From Octopus bimaculoides (Eukaryota), in the NCBI RefSeq assembly GCF_001194135.2, contig NC_068997.1, positions 26,490,594 through 26,532,279 on the forward strand: a stretch of 41,686 nucleotides of DNA, in the 5' to 3' direction. The notes beneath the pieces are model-generated. The model saw only the letters and a program-made list of their open reading frames with translations. It had not been told where the DNA came from and made no database searches. This document shows, piece by piece, positions 1-12,004 of the stretch. Every line of letters begins with the position of its first letter. Position 1 is the first letter of the stretch. Position numbers and translations under genes: made by a program.

Positions 1-139
1 CACACACTCACACACACGGAATGAGTGATAGATACATACATAACAAATATGCATACATGCATATATACATTTCTATGTGAGTGGGTGGGTGTAACAAACG
101 CATGTATACACACATATATACACTTTTATAGATATATGT

Positions 140-141
140 AC

Positions 142-224
<83 letters not shown>

Positions 225-370
225 CATGCATACATACGTACATTCATACATATATATATATACGCGCACACACATAAATATATATGTATACATAATATAT
301 ATATATATGTATGTATATTTTTTCTACAATATATATATAGAGAGAGAGAGAGATTGATAGATACATACAT

Positions 371-416
<46 letters not shown>

Positions 417-545
417 GTGTACATACATACATACATACATATATACATTCACACATGCATACATAATATATATATATATATGCACACACTCATAAATATG
501 TGTACATATATGTGTGTGTGTGAGTGTGTGCGTATATATATACAA
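140..545. repeat. Compound microsatellite (TA)n(TG)n(GA)n(GATA)n(CATA)n
   Basis: Direct reading. Confidence 0.95.
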
Positions 546-803
546 ATGGATCCAAAATGAAAATGAAAATGTAGTACTGGACCCCGTCTACACTATTACA
601 AATTGCTAGTGAGGGGACAGTGATGGTGCGTGTGTGCGCGTGCGTGTGTGCGCGTGCGTGTGTGCGCGTGCGCGCGTATTAAGAGAAGGAGGGAGGTGTT
701 GTGTCCATATTTTCATCTATTAGTGGCTATTAAAGATTTCCACTCACCTTATGTTGTTTCTATCGAGTTTTCATTCTCTACCTATGTCAATTTGTTTATG
801 TGT

Positions 804-834
<31 letters not shown>

Positions 835-865
835 TATAGTGTGTCAAAGCGAAAGTTTTTTGCGT

Positions 866-920
<55 letters not shown>

Positions 921-1289
921 GGGCGCTAGAGAGTGAGTGTATGTGTGTGTGTGTTTTCTGTTTGTTGAGTCTTTCACCATCTCCCGCTCTCAACCTGCTA
1001 CTCTCTCTAGCTCCTCTCTCTCTCTAGCTCCCACTCTCTCTATCTCCTACTCACTCTCTCTTTCTGTCCTATTCTATCGTTTCTAATTACAACATACGAT
1101 GCAGGTTCATTAAAATGCATTACGACATGGCGTCGTACTGCACAACTTCAAACTGCCTGGTACACTAATACGGGATGCACAACTTTTGACACAATGGTAC
1201 AACACATCGATGCACAACGTTGCACACAACAGTGCAGCACATCGATGCACTTCACAGTATTGCATGGCACAGCGCTATTACAGGGTACA

Positions 1290-1895
1290 TCTCTACATAA
1301 AATAACACTGCACACAACTGCATCTTACAGCAATACACTGCACTGTATTACACATCGCTGCACACCACTGCATGACACACCATCACTATAGGGTACTTTA
1401 TGTCACAGTACTTTTCAGTTATGACGTGCAGTGTATGCTGCAGCAACATATTGCATTATATGACACAATGCTGCACAAAACTGCAACTTACAGCAATATA
1501 CTGAACTGTATTACACATCTCTGCACACCACTGCATGGAGTGCTGAAAAGTTCCTGGCTTTAAGGGTATCGCGAAAGGCTTGGTTAGAGGACCAACCTTC
1601 TTTTACAGGGGTTACATAAACTGCAGGACTACTGCAATAAGTGTGTAAATCTGTGCAGCAAATATGTTGAATAAAATCATAATTAACTGATCCTCTTGTA
1701 TTTTCTTTTCCCCAAAGCCAAGAACTTTTCAGCACCCACTTGTAGAGTACTTCGTGTCACCGTAGTCTACAGTTATGACGTGCAGTGCATGCCACGGTAC
1801 ACTATTGTATTGTATGACACAATGCTGCACACAACTGCAAGTTACAGCAATACACTGTACTGTATTGCATGCCACTGCGTGTGACACCATCACTA
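1290..1895. repeat. About 160-bp degenerate tandem repeat (about 3 units) in an ACTGC/ACTGT-like pentamer-rich tract (about 1090-2030)
   Basis: tgcacacaactgca..ttacagcaatacactg recurs near 1310, 1471 and 1824; cagttatgacgtgcagtg near 1417 and 1770. Confidence 0.75.
1538..1744 (+). mobile_element. Mariner-derived MITE / internally deleted mariner
   Basis: TIRs gagtgctgaaaagttcctggcttt (1538-1561) and aaagccaagaacttttcagcaccc (1714-1737), 22/24 match. Interior reads KLQDYCNKCVNLCSKYVE*, like the mariner transposase C-terminus. TA at 1743-1744. Confidence 0.8.
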
Positions 1896-2100
1896 CAACG
1901 TACTGTCTATTCTCGCACTATACTGTACTGTATGACGCATCACCGCATACTGTTGTATGGTATTACACTGCATGCTACTGCGTGATGCAGCATTATACTG
2001 CTCTCGATGGCACGGTGTTGTACACCGTTGTTCCGAAATCACGTTTTTTAATGAAACCCTCTCTACGATGTATCGAATGAGATAGATGTTGTCATGGATA

Positions 2101-2265
2101 CAGTGACGTAACTAGAGTGTGTGCCGCTAGGAGTGACCATTGAGGCTGCCACTCCCCGCCCGCTATAAGGTTTTGTACAGCAGACTCAAAGGTACCGCCC
2201 CATGAAGGCGTCGATCGGGGAGGACCGTTCCCTTTCCAGCACCACCGCCTCTAGCTACGCTACTG
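2101..2265. mobile_element. hAT-type MITE, 165 bp
   Basis: TIR cagtgacgtaactagag versus revcomp cagtagcgtagctagag (14/17); flanks catggata and gatggaaa form a 6/8 TSD. Confidence 0.65.
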
Positions 2266-2699
2266 GATGGAAATAGATCAGACTGCACAGGGTTGTATGA
2301 AGATAGCCGCAATTAGAACCTTCCACTGAGATATCACGTGCTTGTGGTGGGGGAGGGTGCATCGTCATGTATTTGAGATCTTCGAAATACGAAGGGAAAA
2401 AATAAAAATATTAAATCAAATTAACACTTTACTCCTATATTTTATAGATTATAATAAAAACATGTACTTTGTTCTGACAATGACAGGATTTCCTCTTTGT
2501 GAAAATTTAAACACAGGATGTATTTGTAAAAGCGTCGAAATACAGCTTGCTCGGTGTGCCAGCATCCGGGGGCCAGTCTTAGCTCGGGATTACGCAGGTC
2601 TGCTCTACACTTTAGCGACTCTACTCGTGAAAATAAACGCCGACTTCTTTGCTAATACTCCATCCAGAATATTAAACAGTATTCAAGAGAGATATGGTC

Positions 2700-2752
2700 A
2701 TGTGGTGGAGGCGCAATGGCCCAGTGGTTAGGGCAGCGGACTCGTGGTCCCT
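2700..2752 (+). mobile_element. Truncated tRNA-derived SINE head
   Basis: ggaggcgcaatggcccagtggttagggcagcggactcg is A-box-like; sequence stops before a B box. Confidence 0.6.
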
Positions 2753-3541
2753 GTCCACCGCCGGCTTAGAACAGTTACGGTTGCTCAAAGTGCTGCAGAA
2801 AAGCCGCACGCACCTCCTTGGAATCGAAGAGCACGCATGCGTGTCGGTCTGTCGAAGACTGAATTGAGAAATTGTAAAAAAAGACGCTGCTCCTCTGGCA
2901 GTTGAATCTTCAACGACTTTCGTTACTTTGTGTCTTAGAGTCAGTTTCTTCTTATTTTTTTTTTAACTGTAATAACACAACCTTCATGTTTCGCGTTAAA
3001 GAAATGGTTGAAGTCCACTGTCAACACTAACAACTCACTAGTGATATCCTTCTTTATCTTGTAAATTTCCCAATAGCTCAACCTTTCTCATTGTTTTCGG
3101 TCACTATTTCTTTGTTGAGTCTTATCTATTCTACACAAATCGTCTGTTAACGATTGCCACTATTGTCAGCCAAAATTCCAAAATCGGTTGCTGTAGTCTT
3201 CGTGCGTTGGTAACGACGCGTTCAATTTCCAGTTACAGAGTAATATATCTACCCTTATCGCACAACAATCGTCATGTTTTGGCTTATAATTTTAGTCATT
3301 CATTTGTTTCTTTGTTTATTTATTTATAAATTTGTCAATCTAAATATCTATTGCATCACATTTTGTTATGAAATTACGTTTTGCATCGTCTTTATTGCGA
3401 TAGATTTCTAATTTTGGATATTAAGTACCTCAGTCACTTTATTGATTGTGTGCGTGGGGTGTGTGTGCATGTATGTATGTATGTCGCTCTATTCATGTAT
3501 CTATCCATTCATCTATCCCTCTTGAGCTTTTCATCTATCAA

Positions 3542-3544
<3 letters not shown>

Positions 3545-3610
<66 letters not shown>

Positions 3611-4214
3611 NNNNNNNNNNNNNNNNNNNNNNNNNNNNNNNNNNNNNNNNNNNNNNNNNNNNNNNNNNNNNNNNNNNNNNNNNNNNNNNNNNNNNNNNNN
3701 NNNNNNNNNNNNNNNNNNNNNNNNNNNNNNNNNNNNNNNNNNNNNNNNNNNNNNNNNNNNNNNNNNNNNNNNNNNNNNNNNNNNNNNNNNNNNNNNNNNN
3801 NNNNNNNNNNNNNNNNNNNNNNNNNNNNNNNNNNNNNNNNNNNNNNNNNNNNNNNNNNNNNNNNNNNNNNNNNNNNNNNNNNNNNNNNNNNNNNNNNNNN
3901 NNNNNNNNNNNNNNNNNNNNNNNNNNNNNNNNNNNNNNNNNNNNNNNNNNNNNNNNNNNNNNNNNNNNNNNNNNNNNNNNNNNNNNNNNNNNNNNNNNNN
4001 NNNNNNNNNNNNNNNNNNNNNNNNNNNNNNNNNNNNNNNNNNNNNNNNNNNNNNNNNNNNNNNNNNNNNNNNNNNNCGATCCCTTTTGATCGAAATTATC
4101 CCCCCCCCCAAGAAAAGCTCTACATTGTATTTTGTCCATTTTCTGTATTTAGCTCTGTGTGGATATAATAAAAAGATATCTATCTATCTATCTATCTATA
4201 TATCTATCAGTCTG

Positions 4215-4272
<58 letters not shown>

Positions 4273-5227
4273 AGTCTGTATATCCATCTATCTATCTATC
4301 TATCAATCTATCTATCAGTCTGTCTATCTATCTATCTAGCTAGCTATTCAATATCTTGTCAAACAAATGAAATATTCACTTGCAATCGAATATTAATTGT
4401 TTATGTGTTCTCATGGCTGTCTCTGTTTATCAACGACAGTTTTACATCAGATCTACTTAATACGAGACGTCATATCGACTGACGAAATCATCCATCGGCC
4501 TTGGAGCAGCAACAACACAACTCAGTGGAGAATCATTGAAGAAAGCTAACATGAAACTGTAATGTAATTAGCGATATCACTTGAGAAGGTTGTTGTTTAA
4601 GTTGGAGAGAAAGAGTTGTTGGACCAGAAACACGACAAGGACGAGGGAGAAAAAGAGAGGGAGAGAAACAGACAGAGAAAGAGAGAGGCAGAGATAGTCA
4701 AAGAGAGAGAGAGGGGGGAGAGCCAAAGAGAGAAAGAGAGCCAAAGAGAGAGAGAGAGAGAGAGAGAGAGCCAAAGAGAGAGAGAGAGCCAAAGAGAGAG
4801 AGAGAGAGAGAGAGAGAGCCAAAGNNNNNNNNNNNNNNNNNNNNNNNNNNNNNNNNNNNNNNNNNNNNNNNNNNNNNNNNNNNNNNNNNNNNNNNNNNNN
4901 NNNNNNNNNNNNNNNNNNNNNNNNNNNNNNNNNNNNNNNNNNNNNNNNNNNNNNNNNNNNNNNNNNNNNNNNNNNNNNNNNNNNNNNNNNNNNNNNNNNN
5001 NNNNNNNNNNNNNNNNNNNNNNNNNNNNNNNNNNNNNNNNNNNNNNNNNNNNNNNNNNNNNNNNNNNNNNNNNNNNNNNNNNNNNNNNNNNNNNNNNNNN
5101 NNNNNNNNNNNNNNNNNNNNNNNNNNNNNNNNNNNNNNNNNNNNNNNATATATATATATGTGTGTGTGTGTATGTATGTATGTATGTATGTAGGTACATA
5201 TGTATGTACATATATAAAGTGTATAAG

Positions 5228-5259
<32 letters not shown>

Positions 5260-5282
5260 GTATATAGATAGATAGACAGACA

Positions 5283-5321
<39 letters not shown>

Positions 5322-5325
5322 TAGT

Positions 5326-5383
<58 letters not shown>

Positions 5384-5390
5384 TTTGTAC
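3545..5390. repeat. Microsatellite cluster (CT)n,(TA)n,(TCTA)n,(GA)n with gccaaa spacers,(GACA)n,(GATA)n around two assembly gaps (3611-4076, about 4825-5147)
   Basis: Direct reading. Confidence 0.95.
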
Positions 5391-6379
5391 GTGTATGCAT
5401 ATATACTCTCACACACGCAAGCGCGCACACCATCCATTGCTTGCAATCTATGGCGACAAAAATCTTGTATTAAATTCACTAAAGATAAAAATACAAATAA
5501 TAACACAAATAAGAAAAAATTACTTCGAACAAATCAGACGACCGACTTTCTCTGATTTATTCATAAGTAAATCCGGGTTTGGTTTACAAAGATAACATTG
5601 AGCAATATATCAAAGACGCATATAGATATGGATGAATGGTTTCATGCGTAGATGGATGGATGGACGGACGGACGGATGCATGGATGGCTGGCTGGATGGA
5701 TGGATGGATGGATGGACTTTTGGAGTCAATAAATTTTTATTGAATTTCCAGCAAAGTGAAGCTGTAAGCGGGGATCTTTTCTGTTTGGTTCACACTTTTT
5801 GATTCTTTCAATTTTGTTCCAATTGATTTCAAATTTGATATATTAATGTAGTTTTGTATGATAATAACGGAAATGAAATTAATTTTTGCCCTGAATTAAT
5901 AAATAAAAAGTTAATAGCTTTTAAAGTTTGCAAATTTTGAGTAATTGTAGCCAATTGAAAGCCAGAGACATATTGGTTCCTGTTTCCGTAGTAACAAGCC
6001 AGAGTATAGTCTGCTTTAATCAATCTTTAACTACCTGAGGCTGGGTGTTACCCGAGCAGTGGGTTTACAGAGGAGTGTGTCACGAGACCAGATATGTTTT
6101 TCTGTATACAGTGTCATGTCGGAATTGCGGCACACACTCTATTTTTCCAGGAACCACAATTTTCAGTGACTTGTGAAGGGCCTACTCTTACATTCCTGAA
6201 ATTGATGGTTACAATTTTCGACATACAACAGTGAATCACAGCGTTGACTTTAACTCGAAACGGCACAACTGGAAAGCACGTGGGACTCTATAGAACGAAT
6301 AAATGACGCTGTTGCAAGTATCGTTTTATGGTTGATTTTGTGAGTGTTTATTGAGCGAAAACACCTAAGCTCTACGAGG

Positions 6380-6562
6380 CTCCGGCAGGGGGTGGTGGCG
6401 ACCCCTGTTGTACTCTTCCACCACAACTTTCTCTCTCTTTCTTCCTGTTTCTTGAGTAACGCTGCGATGGACTGGCGTCCCATCCAGCTGGGGGGAACAC
6501 ATACGCCATAGAAACCGGGAAACCGGACCCATGAGCCTGGCTAGGCTTTGAAAGGGCGACGT
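6380..6562 (+). mobile_element. SINE-family 3' fragment (gcgatggactggcgtcccatccagctggg...catgagcctggctaggc)
   Basis: Resembles a dispersed octopus SINE body recalled from memory; single copy in this window. Confidence 0.45.
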
Positions 6563-6999
6563 TTTATCCAACTACCATAACTCCTCGACAGTAGAAGAGA
6601 CCTGGGAAAAATCTTAACCACAACAGTTTTTATGTAGTGGCTTTATTGCAAATCTACATATAAGAAAGGTTGGCAGCGTCGTTAGAGCGTCAGTCAATTA
6701 ATTTTTGTTCTGGAGTCGTTCCAGCTGTCTGCTATCCGGGTTCAAATACCAATAAGACCGGTTTTTTCTTTTTTTTTTTTTTTGGCTTTTTATCCTATAT
6801 GTCTGTAATACAAATGCAGATATTGATGTGTAAATAATCACCATTCCTATCATTCCAACATTGCTCTCCACTAACCAGTACAACCACTAGCTGCTCTTAA
6901 TCACCACTTCTACGAACACTCCTATTACTTCTACCACTACGATCGCCATCACTGCCAATGCCATTCAGTAATCTCCTAAACATCGATATGGTTTGTCCT

Positions 7000-7063
7000 T
7001 AGTAGTAGTAGTAGTAGTGGTGGTGGTGGTGGTGGTGGTGGTGGTGGTGGTGGTGGTGGTGGT
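7000..7063. repeat. (AGT)n(GGT)n trinucleotide microsatellite
   Basis: Direct reading. Confidence 0.95.
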
Positions 7064-7467
7064 TTTGGCGGTGTAAAGAGAGTGGTTGTTTAACTGTTTG
7101 TCTATCGGGATCTAGTAGGTTTGGCTGCCAGCATCAATTCTGTTCGAATTGATTTCATATTCAGTGTATGAATGATACGCTTTCATTGACTAATGAATGA
7201 CGTGAACATCGTTTTCGCTATAAATCAATAAATAAAGAGTTATTAGCAATTAGTTTGAAAATTTTGGTAATTTTAGCCAACCGTTAGCCACAGACACATT
7301 CATGCCTGTTCCCATAGTAACAAGCGGAACATGAGAACTGTTTTGTCTGGTTAGCCAGTAATCATGCCGCTCAAACCTCGTTAAAACACCACTTCTCACC
7401 AAACATACATTCTCACCTCTCGCCAGAATTACATTTTCAGATAGTAGCCACTGGTATTCAGAATAAC

Positions 7468-7556
7468 AGCTGTGTGGTTAAGTTCGCTTCTCAATCTCAC
7501 AGTTTCGGGTTCGGTCCTATAGCATTTCGGCTAAATGTCTTCCATTATAGCCCTGT
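7468..7556 (+). mobile_element. Degenerate CORE-type SINE fragment
   Basis: agctgtgtggttaag...gggttcggtcc...tgtcttccattatagcc. Confidence 0.55.
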
Positions 7557-7817
7557 TGTGGAATATCCAACTATCAACCGATGTTGCGATTCGCTGAAAT
7601 GTTGCCCACATAATCAGCGAATCTGATCAATCGCGACTTCGTCTGGAAAGAATGTTACCCATGTGATCAACAAATCTAACCAATCACGACTTCATGTGGA
7701 ATAGGCTCCAGTGACCATATTAAATCTGGGCGCACTCTTTTCTGAGCTTCTCAATCGGTATCACACACACACACACATACACACGACCGCCAGACAAAGA
7801 GCTTCTTCTGTTGTAGC

Positions 7818-8080
7818 CTTTCAAGCTACAACAGAAGAATTTAAGACCGGCTACTATTGAACATCGACGACTTAGATAGCAGAATCTGTAAAGAATTAAA
7901 GCAGAAATGCCAGATATTGAAACAAAACTTGGAATTGAAGGGCCTTATTATAAACTTAGCGGAAATAAAAATTTTAGTGAGTAGGAAGGAAGAAAGGGCC
8001 TTTATAGCATCGGAGAATTGGCCGTGCGCCATTTTGTAGAGCCGATAGAAATTCTATAGGCGTAGGTAGGATGAGAGAAC
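7818..8080 (+). mobile_element. Degenerate RTE-type LINE reverse-transcriptase fragment
   Basis: FQATTEEFKTG ... IDDL (YADD-like) ... ELKQKCQILKQNLELKGLIINLAEIKILVSRK...NWPCAI, with frameshifts and stops. Confidence 0.7.
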
Positions 8081-8803
8081 TGAAGAAAAAAAAATGATTT
8101 AATGGAAGATGTCTTTCGTTCGTCCTGATTTAAACCTTTTGGTCTCTGTTTCAGTTCTTATTGCTGCCACGTAGCTGGGGTTTACTGAATCCGTTGCTAA
8201 ACGGCATAAAACACTGAAATAACATAATTTGTTGGGTTTGAGACGCTGTTAGGGACAGAACTTCTGACAAACTACATCAGAACAGCATTTAAAAAAATAT
8301 CCAGGTGAATGTTTGAAAAAACTTCAAATGGTTGAAAGAAATTTAACAATCTCCATAAATTGTTTTCTTTTACGCTGAAGTATTTTTATTCTAAATTTTT
8401 AATATGTCTCAAGTCCTTCCTGGTTGTGTTTTGCAATGAGACAAGAGAAGTCGGTGTTGTCTCCCTTGGATCTTGGTATTTTGTTGTCTAATTTCCTGTG
8501 GTCTTTGTCCGGTGAAGAATCAAATTAATTCCTTTCGGTGTCTTTTCAAAACAAATGCGACGGCAAAACCACCACCGAAAACAAGAAGTCTACCCATAAC
8601 CATACACACACATATTCTTAAATACATATTCACACACATATGGTGATAATGAACACAAAATTAAATTAATAAGTGGGTGAATTTTTTTTTTTAATTGGTA
8701 ACTTGACATAATATGGCTGTCCTCAGATTTCAGAATATGTCATAAAGGCACAAGTAATGCCGTTTAAACTATTTTCTGATATCCATATTAGAAATATCGT
8801 TGG

Positions 8804-8837
8804 TTGACGTCAAACGATATTATTCATTTGATCAGTA
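8804..8837 (+). promoter_or_regulatory. Candidate core promoter: palindromic CRE (TGACGTCA, 8805-8812) and Inr-like TCATTT/TCAGT
   Basis: TTGACGTCAA at 8804-8813, about 60 nt before the ATG; TCATTT at 8824-8829 and TCAGT at 8832-8836. Confidence 0.4.
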
Positions 8838-8869
8838 AAGTTACCCAGACTTCAGGAGCAGCTACACAA

Positions 8870-8892
8870 ATGGTGTTGAGAATAATACTGCG
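8870..8892 (+). CDS. NCBP2AS2: NCBP2AS2-like coding exon 1 (MVLRIIL + CG of Arg)
   Basis: ACACAA-ATG start with an upstream in-frame TAG; donor CG|GTAAGT at 8893. Confidence 0.87.
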
Positions 8893-9781
8893 GTAAGTAT
8901 TGCTTTAATTGCATCATAATTAACTGGTTTTGTCATTACTACTTATAACTTGGCTTCAAATCACGTTAAGGTAGATTTTTTAGTTTTCTTCCCCTCGGGG
9001 ATAGAGGATTATTTAAAGTGTTATTCAAGTCCTGGAATCGATTTCATAAACCTTATAACCTTTTAATAAAAAAAAAAAATACCTGTCCTCGTTCGTTCCA
9101 ATGTCAGAGATAATGTGTTCCCCTTGTAAATCTGAATGCATATAAATATNNNNNNNNNNNNNNNNNNNNNNNNNNNNNNNNNNNNNNNNNNNNNNNNNNN
9201 NNNNNNNNNNNNNNNNNNNNNNNNNNNNNNNNNNNNNNNNNNNNNNNNNNNNNNNNNNNNNNNNNNNNNNNNNNNNNNNNNNNNNNNNNNNNNNNNNNAA
9301 ATAGTAAATGAGTATATGCATATATACGTACAGGTATGTGCATACCGACATCCACCTGTATGTATAGGTGCATATCTGGGTACAGGACATTGCAAACAAA
9401 ACGTAGACGAGAAAACACACAAGCCACATAGAGAACATTCTACTTCATCAGCTACCCCCGTTTTAACACCGGCGTTTCGAAGAGCTAGGCAGGACGCATC
9501 GTTGAATATATTATATATAAATATGAAAGTGACATCCGAAAAGCATGTTGAAAATATTTTCAAGGTGAGACATCATACCACAATTACTTTTGGTTACACT
9601 CCCAATCTTTTAGTGGGGAAAATATCGATATTCCCTACAGCGGTGTGTAAATTAAGAGTGTGTATGCCTTTTTGATTCGTTTATTTATTTTTGTGAACTA
9701 TTCTCTTCATTAATAAATAAATAACTGCAGTTTCTGTTTCTTTTCTTTTCTTTTTCACACTGGGGTATCACTGACATTTTT

Positions 9782-9920
9782 ACGTTCGGAGTTCAGATCT
9801 TGCCGAGGTTAACTTTGCCTTTCATCTCTTCGGAGTTGATAAAATAAAATACGAGTCAAATACTGCAGTTGATGTGATCGACTTGTTTCCCTTCCAACAA
9901 AAATTACTGGCCTTGGTCCC
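9782..9920 (+). mobile_element. Partial SINE of the gagctggcagaa family
   Basis: gccgaggttaactttgcctttcatc...gatgtgatcgact. Confidence 0.7.
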
Positions 9921-10304
9921 TGCAACGCTTCCCGTTCTGATTAGAATGTTGTTATCTCGGTTGCCACAAATGGAATCCGAGCAACCGCCCTTATAAGTCC
10001 CAGGGTTGAAGATTTTTTTTTAAATGTCATCCCGTGGTGAGAAATGTTTTAAACATTTTCTTCTGTCTTCAGTTTCAGCCAGATGCTGTGGCCATGCTGG
10101 GGCACTAAACAAAAACTATTGTACAAAATCAAATCTAATAAAATGTTTCCTGCAATTAATATGTGGGTAGTGTATAGTTTACTTTATAATCATTCAAAGA
10201 AGTTGTCCATATACTTTTGTGTGTATATGTGTGCTTGCTTGCTTGTTTGTTCTGGTCCCTGTGACACAATTTTATGTAATGAAATATTGTCTATATTTCC
10301 ACAG

Positions 10305-10338
10305 ATACCTGCTACACAATGAACACCTTGTACAAAAA
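10305..10338 (+). CDS. NCBP2AS2: NCBP2AS2-like coding exon 2 ((R)YLLHNEHLVQK), 34 nt
   Basis: Acceptor tatttccacag|A, donor AAA|GTAAGT; phase 2 in, phase 0 out. Confidence 0.88.
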
Positions 10339-11074
10339 GTAAGTAGATTCTTACAATTTCCTTTCTATTTTTACATCCCATCAAGGTGGTGCTCCAGCAT
10401 GATCACAGTCCAATGACTGAAACTTGTAAAGGGATAAAAGGATAAACACTGATTTTAAAATATGTGCTTTGTTCATTCATTCATTTTTTTTTACATCTTT
10501 CTTCCATGCTAGCATGAGTTAGATGACTATATTTTAAAGACATTGTTTTACAGCCAAATGCCCTTCTTGTTGCTAACCATTACCTATTTTACAAATAAGG
10601 GTCTCGTTTCACATGCTTTTGTAGACATGAAGTGAGCAGATGATTTGTTGATAGAAGTGTTAACTGTGTGTGTGTGTGTGTGTGTGTGCTAATTACTGTC
10701 TCCTTCTTTGACATCGCATGACAGTTGTATAACCGTGTGGTTGTTACTTCATATAACAGAATCTAGTAGATGTAAATATTGAGTAGAAAGTTTCATTTCT
10801 GAAAACGAGGTTGACGGACAAAAAACTGATGTCTTTTATTAATACAACCTGTTATATCACTTTGTGGGAAATGTATTTCTAACTGATTCAACCTCAGTAT
10901 ATTACTGGTATATTTTTTATTGATCTAGCATTCACTACTCTACTCCCAGAAGGGTGAATAGCTACATCAGCCCTGGCAGTATTTGAACTGCTAATGCACA
11001 GGAGGGAAACTAAATAGTTTGACCTTTTTTTTTTTTGATGCAGTTCTGTTTCTGTCAGCTGAGAAAAGGTATAG

Positions 11075-11215
11075 TCATATAAGTTTACTTTGCAAGCATA
11101 TGGTTCTAGGTTCAATCTTTGTGTGGTTCTTTGGAGGAAATGACTGCTACTGTAGGTTTGAGATGAGCAAAACCTTGTAAGTGAATTTAAGGTATTTAGT
11201 AGTTGTGTGGAATCT
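11075..11215 (+). mobile_element. Degenerate CORE-type SINE fragment
   Basis: ggttctaggttcaatc ... aaaaccttgtaagtgaattt. Confidence 0.5.
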
Positions 11216-12004
11216 CTGAAGGTCTACTGCATAATGTCATTCGATTTAACACTGCCCTCTTTTGTTACGGTATTTCTTTTGAGATACACTGCCTTTGTTT
11301 TTCAACTTATTTTTAAAATAAAGAAGAATTTAGTGAAATATCAGTCATCAGTTGTAAGATTTCAGACCATCGTTAAAGGGAGACAACTTCGGATAAGATG
11401 CTTCCTGCTGCAGCATTTCATCCTACAATTACTTGTTTCTTCCTCTCTTCTCGTCCACCCTCTGCCTCTTATATCCTGCAAAAAAACAGAAATGTCTATG
11501 AGTATTTACCTTTATCTCACTCAGTTCCACTGTTCCTCTCAACTGTTGACATAACTACAGATATGTGCCATCTTCCCAGAGCTTGACAGATAATTTGCGC
11601 TTCTAAATGTCAAAGTGTGAATTACCAAACCCGTTCCTGTGACTTATCGGTTCAGCAAAAAAGACAATAGAATAAACATTAGGCTTTAAGGGAAAAAAGT
11701 CTTGTGGTCAGTTCGTTCAACTAAAATTCTTCAAAATGATGCCCTACTATTGGCCACAATCTAATGACTGAAACAAAGGATATACGATAAAAGATCCTGA
11801 TATTTTTTCTCTCAATAAATTCCAACATAATCTTAATCTACATTGTCTGAAACATATTTTTAGAAAATTTCATTAAAAAATATCCAGTTTTCAGAAAGTT
11901 ATGGACGAAACAAACCAAAGTGAATGAATTATCTGAAACTTCTTTCCACTCAACCCTTTCCCTCTACTTACGAAAATTTTCCTCTACAAATTCCAGTATA
12001 ACCC

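Noticed and set aside
748-781. Possible minus-strand exon ending at a strong AAG|GTGAGT donor
   Set aside because: Stops in all three frames and a weak acceptor; at best a UTR exon, unsupported.
8-1027. Long ORFs such as MYICMYVC..., IYIYIY and RERERE
   Set aside because: Translations of (TA)n, (TG)n, (GA)n and (GATA)n microsatellites.
2342-2731. 129-aa ORF (MWWGRVHR...)
   Set aside because: No recognisable domain, non-ATG start, and it ends inside a SINE head.
2700-2752. tRNA gene
   Set aside because: Only an A-box-like 5' half; no T-arm or cloverleaf. All tRNA-like heads in the window belong to SINEs.
3381-5506. 200-320-aa ORFs
   Set aside because: Open only because they run through N gaps and simple repeats; the same applies to 33925-34906 and 36749-37838.
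9136-9675. ORF and possible cassette exon 9374-9564 in microprotein intron 1
   Set aside because: Starts in a gap, has a weak acceptor, and inclusion gives an early TAG; no homology recognised.
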